Source: Dehalococcoidia bacterium
GTDB lineage: Bacteria > Chloroflexota > Dehalococcoidia > UBA2979
Direction of reading: 5' to 3'
Assembly: GCA_965262725.1 (NCBI GenBank)
Contig: OZ253555.1
Location: 2,400,001-2,464,000, forward strand
Length of the DNA stretch: 64,000 nt
The stretch's first letter is position 1. Each line of letters begins with the position of its first letter. The position numbers and the translations under genes were made by a program. This document shows positions 20,613 through 29,054 of this stretch, piece by piece. Below the pieces are notes generated by a model. It saw nothing but the letters and a program-made list of their open reading frames with translations. It did not search any database and was not told the DNA's origin.

Positions 20613-21212
20613 CTACCTTTCCTCCGCAGCGGCGAATGCGCCGTTGCGGCCCTCGAGCGCCTCCAGGGGCGATCGTTCCTTCTCGAATGGCCCGACCCAT
20701 GGGCCCTGCTCGGCCGGCGTCGGCTCCGACTCGGGCCGAACCGCCGCCAGCTCCTGCGGCGTGCTCAGCAGCGTCCCGAGCTGTGGGGCGACGACTCGCT
20801 GGAGCTGCTGCCTGAGCGTCGCCACCAGCTCCTCGTCGTCCACCTCCCGCTCGCCTGCCGTCAGCGCGAGGAACAGCACGTGCCGCCGTCGGCCCCCTGC
20901 GTCCTCGAACACCTGCAGCAGCGACTCCGTTGGACGCTCCTCGAGCACGACCGTGCGCTGCACCACCACGAGCAGGTGCCCGGGCGGCGCCACGCCGAGT
21001 CCTCGGAGGTGACCCTGCGTCACGCGCGTGATCGCCCGGCGCAGGAGCCGCCCGTGTCTTCCTTCCACGTCTGCCTCGACCGTCGGGCGCCACGGCCGCT
21101 TGCGTGCGGCACACGCGCGCCGCATCGCCCTGAACCGCCCGGCACACCAGCTCCGCATGCGGACCACCGGCCCCGCGGCCCGGCGGCTCCGCCTCTTCTT
21201 CCTGCCTGCCAT
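20613..21212 (-). CDS. Hypothetical protein (199 aa), first gene of the operon
   Basis: GGAAGGGAG RBS before ATG 21212; 9-bp gap to the next gene. Confidence 0.7.
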   Translation of the reverse strand: MAGRKKRRSRRAAGPVVRMRSWCAGRFRAMRRACAARKRPWRPTVEADVEGRHGRLLRRAITRVTQGHLRGLGVAPPGHLLVVVQRTVVLEERPTESLLQVFEDAGGRRRHVLFLALTAGEREVDDEELVATLRQQLQRVVAPQLGTLLSTPQELAAVRPESEPTPAEQGPWVGPFEKERSPLEALEGRNGAFAAAEER

Positions 21213-21734
21213 CCGACTCTCCCTTCCTGTTGCTCCGTCCCGACTCATCGCGGCGGGCCGGTCCTGCACTCGATCGCCCTCTTCTCCCCGGCACAGAAAA
21301 ACCCCGTGGCACGGGTGCCGTACGGGGCCGCTTCGTCGCCGACACCCGACCCGTGGCACGCGCGCGGCGATGCCGCACCTCGCCTCTACGGGGCTCGGGT
21401 CTCAGCTGTCGCTCCTGGTCGCCTCTACGCGAATCGGCGTGGGCCGGCTCGCTTCATTCGTCTTCCTCGGTTGTCCTCCTCTGCCTCCCGAACCTCACGG
21501 TCCGACGCGTGGTTGCCTTCCTTGCTGTTCGTGCACCTCCTCTACCGTGTCTCGTCTCTGGGTTGCCCTGTCTGCTCGATTCGACGCCTGCCGCGGAGAG
21601 CGTTGCTCGTTGCCTCGGGTGAGGGTGATCCGTGCCGGTGTCCCGGTTGAGCGATCCGTGCCGGTTTCTCTGCTCCCTGGAGTTGGCGATACCGGCGAAA
21701 CGCACTGCTGACGGGGGGAAGGCTACGCCCGGGC

Positions 21735-21803
21735 GTTCACAGAAAGTTCCGGCTGCGTTCCATGAGAGTTCCGAAAGTTCCGGGATTCTTCCGATTTCGT
21801 TCC
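21735..21803. promoter_or_regulatory. Phased array of seven GTTC(C)-like motifs
   Basis: Motifs start at 21735, 21746, 21757, 21768, 21777, 21788 and 21799 (spacing 11,11,11,9,11,11). Confidence 0.6.
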
Positions 21804-22159
21804 TTTCCCACCGCGCGGGGGCGATTGGCGCCGCCGGCCCGTCCCGACAGGCTCCCCGACTCCCGGACTGCGGGAATGACTCAGAACGATTGGCACGGTG
21901 GCAGCCGCATGGCCGCGAACGCGGCTCGATCCCGGCCCAGCTGGATCGCGCGAGCGATCAGCCGCGTTCCGACGGCCCGCTACCTCATCAAGGCATGGAT
22001 TGAACCCAACCACGCGACTGGCGGCACCTCCCCCGGAGCCGTCGCTTGCGGCCGAGCCCGGCCGATCCGGGCCATGTGGATCTGCTCAGGCGCCCGCGCT
22101 CGGGCCAGCCGCAGGCCGCCGGTCTCGCCCGGCCGAGCGACTCAGCCCTCGGGCCGCAG

Positions 22160-22196
22160 GAACGCCGTGTGAACAAATTCGGAACGAATTAGGAGC
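22160..22196. promoter_or_regulatory. Mirror-image phased GAAC array
   Basis: GAAC at 22160, 22171 and 22182, GAGC at 22193 (11-bp period), followed by an AT-rich stretch. Confidence 0.55.
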
Positions 22197-22865
22197 GGAT
22201 ATTTGTATTCTGTTTTCTTGAACGGGGTGTGCAGGTCACGTTCTGGCTCGCTCACGGACCATCCGCGCATCCCCACAGCGAGGAGCACCTCCGGCAAGTC
22301 GGCTCTCTCCGCAGCAGTGATGATCTTCGCCTCAGCAGACATGCGGCCTCTTGTGAATTCACGGGTGCAGCACGAGTTCGCCGCCTGAGTTGGTACCGGT
22401 CGGTCGCATGGCGACTCCCGGTCACGGGCAGGCACGCTCGGCAGAGTGCCCTTCTCGAAGCGCCCACGGACGAGATGTCGGGAGCGGCGGCGACCCTCGT
22501 CCTGCTGCGCGAGCGCATCCAAGGCGTGTCGGAACTGCTGGCCGAGCAGCGCCGCCCACCGAAGGCTCCGCAGGGGTGCACGACGCCGGCCTGATCCCCC
22601 GAACGGGGACCCGTGCGCGCGGTGCACTCCATCCTCGTCGCCCAGGCCGCCGCCGGCAGCACCTGCCGGCACGGCTCCACCGAAGGCCCGGATCGACGTG
22701 GGTGCCCGGAGACGCACAGAGGTGCCTCGCTGACTCTGGGATAATGATGTCTGACGGCCTTCCGCCCCTGACGCCGCTGACCGCCAGGAGCGGCGATCCG
22801 TCGGCCACACCGGGTCGGGAGCACCGCAGTACCGCACACCGGGATATATGGAGAGGGAGGATGGG

Positions 22866-23123
22866 ATGCCCACATTCACGAAGATGGACCCTGCTGATGT
22901 CGCCGTCGGCCGCGGGCGCGCCGCCGCGGAGATGCGGAAGCCGTACATCGAGGCGCTGAACGCGGGCGACGCGGGGAGCGTGGAGCTTGAGCGCGGCGAG
23001 AAGCCGGCGACCGTGAAGCGGCTGCTTCAGGAAGCGGCACGTCAGGCGAACGTCCGCATCCGCTGCTCGTGGGCGGACAGCCAGCAGCGCATGCTGGTGT
23101 GGAAGAAGGTTGGCACGCGCTGA
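22866..23123 (+). CDS. Small basic hypothetical protein, possibly DNA-binding (85 aa)
   Basis: GAGGGAGG RBS; MPTFTKMDPADV...GEKPATVKRLLQEAA. Confidence 0.75.
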   Translation: MPTFTKMDPADVAVGRGRAAAEMRKPYIEALNAGDAGSVELERGEKPATVKRLLQEAARQANVRIRCSWADSQQRMLVWKKVGTR

Positions 23124-23499
23124 CGCGGCGCGCGCGGCACCGGAGGGGCTCCAGCGGATCCCGCCTCGCGGTCGGGACTCCGCCCCGACCTTGCCGCGCG
23201 GGGACGTTACGTACATTCCTCTTCACGGCGCTCGCCGGCACGATCGTCCGACGCCGTTGATCCAGGCCTATGCCCGGCCCAGTGGAGCGCGTGCAAGCGC
23301 GCTCGATGACTCGCGACCTGACGCCCCCCGGTGCGGCGCGCGCCGCTTCAGCACTTGGCGGGTCGGGGACGGTGCCGGGTGCGTTGCTCCGGCGGCCCAC
23401 CGATCGTGCGGGCGGGGCACCGAAGGGATCGTGTTTCTGAGTGCCGCCCACGAAGAAGATGGCGACCGCCCGGGAGGACGAGAACGGGGAGGCCGGAGG

Positions 23500-23703
23500 A
23501 TGACCGGGGCCTTCTTCGTCAACGAGGACAAGCCGACCGGCTCGGCGACGGTCCACCAGGCGGGGGGCCCCTGCCGTGTCCCCCAGCGGAAGCGGGCACG
23601 AGATGGGCAATGGCACGGCCCGTTTCGACTCAAGGAGGGGGCCCTGCGAGTTGCCCGTGACGTCGGCCGCGACGTCTACGAATGCCAGCGCTGTAACCCC
23701 TGA
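23500..23703 (+). CDS. Small putative zinc-binding protein (67 aa)
   Basis: GGAGG RBS; VH...C...WHGPF...CQRCNP. Confidence 0.65.
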   Translation: MTGAFFVNEDKPTGSATVHQAGGPCRVPQRKRARDGQWHGPFRLKEGALRVARDVGRDVYECQRCNP

Positions 23704-23840
23704 GGCCGCGTCCGCCGTCCTCCCGTGGGCGCGCCCGGGCGGGGTGCTCGGCTGCACATGGCGATTCGTCGTTCCCGCGGTTGCGTCCGTTGCTCTCGAC
23801 GCGACACGTCCGGTGGCAGGCAGACACGAGGACTGGCGGG

Positions 23841-24734
23841 TCAGCGGCCGGCCATCCGGTCGCCGCCGGCCGCCGCCACGTCGAAGGGCACATCGATCGT
23901 GACGGCCGGCCACAGTCCGATCGAACGGAGGTAGCCGACCACCCGACGCCAGGCCTCGTCGGCGCCGACGGTCAGCTGCATCATCGCGTTCTGCGGATTG
24001 GGAAAGTGCACACCGAACAGCTGGTTGATGAACGGCCGCGCAAACCCTGTCATCTGCGGCGCGCGGAAGGGTGTGCACGGCACGAACGAGAACGGTGCGG
24101 TCGTGATCTGATCGAGCATCCGCCCGTTGTACAGAACCCGGTGCCCGAACTCGACGGAGGCGTTGCCCCGCATGAGCGAGGTCTCTACGTAGAACCCGTC
24201 GATTGCGGCCTCGTCGGCGATGTCGCAGCCGCGACGGCTCATGCCGTACGGGAAGCGCTCCGCAACGACGAAGGCGGTATCGAGCATGAAGTCGAACCCG
24301 GCCTCGCCCGCGCGGACCGAGCCGAAGAAGATGACATCCCCGTCATCGAGGTCCCGAAGTACCGGTCGCGCCTCCTGCCGGCAGATCGCGTACCGCATCT
24401 GCGACCCGAAGACCCACGGGTCCGTGTTCTGGGCACGCGGCGGTGGCTTTCCCGGTGTGACGAGGCGGTGTAGCTGCGTCGGTAGTCCTGACTCGCGGGC
24501 CAAGAGCGACGTAACGCTCGTCGGAGCTTCCCACTCGCCCCAGAACCCGATCGACTGCGCCGCGGGCCGGCGCATCCACCGGCCGTCGTCACCGACCGGG
24601 ATCGCGAGTCGGGCGTCTGCGTTGATGAACTTGCGTGTATGACCGCGACCCGTGTTCCAGGCGCACCGATCATCCTGGAGGGAGCGTGCCGACGGCTCAC
24701 CGCCGGGATGATTGAAGAGGATCGCGCGTCCCAT
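23841..24734 (-). CDS. Hypothetical protein (297 aa), possibly nucleotide-modification-associated (Nmad-like)
   Basis: GGAGGGAG RBS; HTRKF, FWGEWE, NTDPWVFG..MRYAICRQ, GDVIFFGS, LDTAFVV; family is inference. Confidence 0.7.
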   Translation of the reverse strand: MGRAILFNHPGGEPSARSLQDDRCAWNTGRGHTRKFINADARLAIPVGDDGRWMRRPAAQSIGFWGEWEAPTSVTSLLARESGLPTQLHRLVTPGKPPPRAQNTDPWVFGSQMRYAICRQEARPVLRDLDDGDVIFFGSVRAGEAGFDFMLDTAFVVAERFPYGMSRRGCDIADEAAIDGFYVETSLMRGNASVEFGHRVLYNGRMLDQITTAPFSFVPCTPFRAPQMTGFARPFINQLFGVHFPNPQNAMMQLTVGADEAWRRVVGYLRSIGLWPAVTIDVPFDVAAAGGDRMAGR

Positions 24735-24783
24735 CTGCGGGCTCCCTCCGCGCCGTCCCGGGGACTCTACTCGTCCGGGGGAG

Positions 24784-24965
24784 TGACCGGATTCCCTTCG
24801 CGACACCACCGCTGATGAGAGTCCAGCTAGTTGTTCCGCCCTCCATTGCTCGGCGTAGGGAGCCGGGGCGAGCCAGCCCGGGCTGCTGTGCAGGCGTCTC
24901 GTGTGCACTCGATCCGCCAGTTCTCGATCAGCACCTGCGCATTGAGCAAGCTGTCGAACTGCTCA
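24784..24965 (-). mobile_element. IS3-family right-end remnant
   Basis: EQFDSLLNAQVLIENWRIE and LHSSPGWLAPAPYAEQW, then end ...GAAGGGAATCCGGTCA; similar to 10500-10621. Confidence 0.7.
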
Positions 24966-25234
24966 AGGTCGCATCCCATGGCTCCCAACCGCACCGACCT
25001 CACCGTAACTCATGGACATTTGCCCGATTACTCACCGTTCCCTCACGCGCACCGGCCGTAGTGTTCGGGGACAGTTGCCGCCGGTATCGCGTGGAGGGAC
25101 GCCGTGTGCCGATCGTAGGGACAGAGACCGTCAGGGCACGGGACCTCGGCGAGCACCCTCGTGGTACCGCGCCGGCGGCACCATCGGGTGTCCTGGTCTC
25201 CCGAAGAACCCTGTAGCCGTCAGCCGTCTGGAGC

Positions 25235-26137
25235 TTGCTTCGTTGTGCACATCGCACACCGGTCCGCATCCACCGGCGGAATGGAGATGGCGGGCCCCTC
25301 ATTAGAGATCCGAAACGGCTACACAGATTCGAACAGGCCACCGAGCTTCCTCTGCTCGCGCTGGCCCTGCTCATGGTTCCCCTGCTCGCCGCCCCGTTTG
25401 TGTTCGCCCTCTCGCCGGCCGCAGAGAGGGCTGTGCTCGGGCTCGACTGGCTCATCTGGGGTGTGTTCGCTGCCGACCTTGCCATTCGCACGTACCTGGC
25501 GCCGGACCGCCTGAAGTACCTCGCACGCAACTGGCTCGACGTGCTGATCGTGCTTCTGCCGTTCCTCCGGCCGCTGCGCGCGGTCCGGGCGCTGCGCGTG
25601 GTGCGGGTGATCGTGTATGTGCTGCGGGCGTCTCGCACGGCGCGGATTCTCATGGCGCGCAGGGGCGTGCACGGCTCGTTGATGTTTGCCGGCGTGGCGC
25701 TCTCCGTGTCCGCCCTCGTTGTGTTCTACGTTGAGCGGGATGCAGCGGGGACCATAGACGGGCTGGATGCCGCCGTGTGGTGGGCATTGGCCACGGTGAC
25801 GACGGTCGGCTACGGCGATACCTATCCCGTGACCATGGCGGGTCGGGGAGTGGCGACGTTCCTCATGCTGGTTGGAATAGGGCTGTTCGGGGTGCTGACG
25901 GCGCAGGTCGCGGCTTATTTCGTCGAGTCGTCGCGTGGCGAGCCCGACAACAACAAGATGGACGCAGTACTGACAGAGCTGAGAGAGATACGACGCCGCC
26001 TCGACGCGCAGCGCGACGACCGCCAGCTGGACACACCGAACCTGCGGCCGCATGGCGAGTCTCCCGAGCCCACCCATGCCGGACGCGCCGGAGAGTCTCG
26101 CCTCGGCGACCGTACAGCCAGTGAGACGGGGAGTTGA
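25235..26137 (+). CDS. Voltage-gated-type potassium channel (start uncertain)
   Basis: S4-like RPLRAVRALRVVR; pore WWALATVTTVGYGDTYP; GRGVA. Confidence 0.9.
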   Translation: MLRCAHRTPVRIHRRNGDGGPLIRDPKRLHRFEQATELPLLALALLMVPLLAAPFVFALSPAAERAVLGLDWLIWGVFAADLAIRTYLAPDRLKYLARNWLDVLIVLLPFLRPLRAVRALRVVRVIVYVLRASRTARILMARRGVHGSLMFAGVALSVSALVVFYVERDAAGTIDGLDAAVWWALATVTTVGYGDTYPVTMAGRGVATFLMLVGIGLFGVLTAQVAAYFVESSRGEPDNNKMDAVLTELREIRRRLDAQRDDRQLDTPNLRPHGESPEPTHAGRAGESRLGDRTASETGS

Positions 26138-26514
26138 GGCCGTCGCTGTGCTCGTGGGCCGGCTGCATGGGCGAGGGGTCGGCGGCGCCGAGGCACCGCA
26201 GCCGTGTGCTGATCAGTGGTCGGGCACGACTGCGACACCAGTAGTCGCACAGGGCCGGGAGAGATGACACGGGCGAGGGCCCGGCGCCGGCACCGGGGAG
26301 CTGCGGAATGAGGAGGCTGGCCGATGCGGTTGCCCCGATGCTCGCTTCCCCCTTTCCGTTCCGCACAATAGCCGCCGGCCGGGTGCCGTTCCCCGACCAC
26401 GCCGGGCGCCCGGCATGGCTGCGGTCGGTGTCGTCCGGGACCATCACGCACTCGGCACCCTCGAGTGCCTCGTGGAAGCTGGCGAGCAGTCCACTGGACT
26501 CTCCAGGCACGAGA

Positions 26515-27363
26515 GTGTCGCGATACTTCACGGGCGCTCTCGCCACACTTCTCCTGTCAGCGTTCCTGGCCCTCCCGTCAGCCTGCACACCGGAAGTGGA
26601 TGAACAGCCAGCACCAGCACAGTCGACGCTTCCCGCCGCGGCAGCAGCACCCGCCACCGCTACCGCCCCCGCAACGGCTACCGCAACCACTCAGCCGACC
26701 TCAGAGCCTGCGCCTGCATCGCCGACAGTGACTCGGCTGGAGGTAGCTGACACGGATGGGGACGGCGTATCGGTTCGCGATGCCTGCGATGATGCTCGGC
26801 GCAGCTCGGCTCCCGGAGACGGCATTCCTGAAGGCACGGCGGTGTTGCTGATCGCGCGTGGCGCGGGTCCTTGCATCGAGTGGATGCTGGTTCAGGCTCC
26901 CGACGGACGCGAGAGCTGGGTGCGGTTGCGTTACCTGGCGCCGCCGCTCCAGGAAGCCTCAGCCACACGGACGCCCGCCGCGACGGCCCGGCCGACGCCC
27001 TCGCCCTCGCCCACGGCCACACAGACGCCCGCCGTGACACCCCGGCCGACAGCCGCGCCTGCGGACACACAGACGCCAAGCGCGACGCCCGAGCCGACAC
27101 CCTCGCCCACAGCCACACGGACGCCCGCCGTGACACCCCGGCCGACGCCCTCGCCCTCGCCCTCGCCCACGGCGACACGGACGCCAACCGCGACGCCGGC
27201 GCCGACGGCGGTTCGAAGCCCCGAGGCTTTCCATTGCCATTGCCGACGCGTGATCAACGACCGAACGCGTTGTGACCAGAGATACACTGCCCAGGGAGGC
27301 CCCGGTTACTGCCACACAGGCGAGACACATGGCTCCTTCAATACCTGGCCCCCGCGCCACTAG
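26515..27363 (+). CDS. Lipoprotein with SH3-like domain, Pro/Thr repeats and Cys/His-rich tail
   Basis: Lipobox LPSAC; TDGDGVSVRDAC...EWMLVQAPDGRESWVRLRYL; TPTPSP repeats; FHCHC...C...CH...H. Confidence 0.75.
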   Translation: MSRYFTGALATLLLSAFLALPSACTPEVDEQPAPAQSTLPAAAAAPATATAPATATATTQPTSEPAPASPTVTRLEVADTDGDGVSVRDACDDARRSSAPGDGIPEGTAVLLIARGAGPCIEWMLVQAPDGRESWVRLRYLAPPLQEASATRTPAATARPTPSPSPTATQTPAVTPRPTAAPADTQTPSATPEPTPSPTATRTPAVTPRPTPSPSPSPTATRTPTATPAPTAVRSPEAFHCHCRRVINDRTRCDQRYTAQGGPGYCHTGETHGSFNTWPPRH

Positions 27364-27659
27364 GCGGGTGCCGGGATCCCGGTGCCGAGGGGGCCGCGTC
27401 TGGCACTCGGTGCTGGGTCCGAGGAGGGATCGCTCGGCTCGCGTAGGAGAGCCGCATGGCGAACATCGACCGTCGATCGGGACGGCACCGTTGCGGTTCC
27501 CGTTCGCGTGAACCTCGACGACCACCGGCTCCCGCGCGTGCCACCCGCCGCCGCCGGGCAGCGCCCCCGCCCCGAGAGTCCGTCCCCCGTAGCCATCAGT
27601 TCGCCGTCCGGCCCCTCCCCTACAGGATCCACAGGCCCGACCCATCCGGGGCAACCGTG

Positions 27660-28030
27660 GACACGATGGTGTCGATGTCGTGATCCAAGGCCCTGGTCAC
27701 GCTATTCGGCGTGACCCGGCGGGTCCGCTGACGGCGCGGAGGGACGACCTGGTGGCGTCGTTCACGGTGCCCGCAGCGATCACGGAGGGCGAGACTGGCG
27801 CCCGCGCTCACGGGTGTGCTCGGGGAGCTGTCCCCGGCGCGGGTCATGCTCGAGGCGGGACCGTGTTCGCCGTGGCTCAGCCGCCTGGTGGCAGGCCTCG
27901 GCCATGAGGTGCTCGTCGCGAACGGCGACAGGTCGCGCTCATCGCCCGCAGCCACCGCAAGGACGACCACCTCGACGCCGAGCACCTGGCGCGCCTCGGC
28001 CGCCTCGACCTCGAGTTGCTCGCGGCGACG
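27660..28030 (+). pseudogene. Degenerate IS110-family transposase fragment
   Basis: VMLEAGPCSPWLSRLVAGLGHEVLVAN, then frameshifted RKDDHLDAEHLARLGRLD. Confidence 0.7.
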
Positions 28031-28276
28031 GCTCGCTGCCGACCGCGTACCAGCGTGCGGCCACCCGGACCGCCCGGCTGCGAACCTCGCCGGCCCGTTC
28101 GGCAGAGCACCCGGGCAACTCGACCTCAGCTGAGTCACCGCCGCCGAGTCGGTCTGTCCGGCGTCGTCGGGATCGTGATCCGTAGATGCCCACATGCGCC
28201 GGGAGGACGCAGAGCGCCTTCGCCTCAGTGAGCCTCTGGTAGCCGACGAGCGTGCTTCCGCGGTTGTCCCGAGCAG

Positions 28277-28684
28277 TTAAGTGACTGCTAGTGGCACCCC
28301 TTCGGCGACGGCAGCCCGACCGAGTGCGCCGTCCAGTGTTGCGAGCCCTGCGCTCTCCCTCTTGGCTAGTTCCAGGTAGAGGGCGTCATAGAAGGACAGG
28401 TCATGGGCCCGTGCCAGGTCGAAGGCGGACTGAAGGTCGGGTTCCTCATCGGTTCGGATGGGCAAGCCCCTCAAGGCGTCCACGCGCTCCTTGACCCCTC
28501 CCCTGGAGAGACGCCCACGTCGCTCCGCGATCAGCAGCGCGTTGCGGGTTTCCAGATGCCACAGGTGCGGCACCAGTGCCCCGTCTTCTTCGAGAAGCTC
28601 CAACGCGCCATTTGCGCGCGGCTCCTCCTCATCGTCGAAGAGCCACGCCACGACAACCGATGCATCGACAACCAGCCCGCTCAT
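28277..28684 (-). CDS. vapC: VapC-family PIN toxin
   Basis: LVVDASVVVAW, LWHLETRNAL, LSFYDALYLELA, LATLD. Confidence 0.92.
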   Translation of the reverse strand: MSGLVVDASVVVAWLFDDEEEPRANGALELLEEDGALVPHLWHLETRNALLIAERRGRLSRGGVKERVDALRGLPIRTDEEPDLQSAFDLARAHDLSFYDALYLELAKRESAGLATLDGALGRAAVAEGVPLAVT

Positions 28685-28944
28685 AGGCGGTGGCCCTCAT
28701 GGCGCGCGGCGAGTATCTCCTCGGTGGAGAAAGCCACGCGCTCCCACCCGGCGCGGCGCTGCCGGAAGCGCTCTACCGCCCGTTCGCGGTTGGCGCGGTC
28801 CTGCGCAGGAGCGGGAACCAGATGCGCCACCGGCTTGCCGTGCCGCGTGATGGCAACGGTCTCTCCGTGCTCGACCGCTCGGAGGAGTTCTGCCAAGCGC
28901 GCCTTGGCTTCGGTGGCTTGAATCTCACGCACATCTAACTCCAA
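28681..28944 (-). CDS. Phd/YefM-family antitoxin
   Basis: IQATEAKARLAELLRAVEHGETVAITRHGKPVAHL; ATGA overlap with vapC. Confidence 0.92.
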   Translation of the reverse strand: MELDVREIQATEAKARLAELLRAVEHGETVAITRHGKPVAHLVPAPAQDRANRERAVERFRQRRAGWERVAFSTEEILAARHEGHRL

Positions 28945-29034
28945 CCCGTTGTTCTGACCATACTACGCGATCGATTGCCCACGAACCAGGTGAACGAGGA
29001 GGACGCGAAGCCGATCAGTCGATCACCAAGGCGT

Positions 29035-29047
29035 CGAACAGGTGTTC
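29035..29047. promoter_or_regulatory. Candidate LexA (GAAC-N4-GTTC) box upstream of the Phd-VapC operon
   Basis: CGAAC-AGGT-GTTC about 90 bp upstream of the antitoxin start. Confidence 0.4.
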
Positions 29048-29054
29048 CGCCCCG

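Noticed and set aside
13941-24965. IS3 composite transposon around the primase operon
   Set aside because: The remnants are not oriented as outer ends and no shared target duplication was seen
27360-27660. IS110 bridge RNA
   Set aside because: The transposase is badly decayed and no convincing conserved structure could be identified by eye
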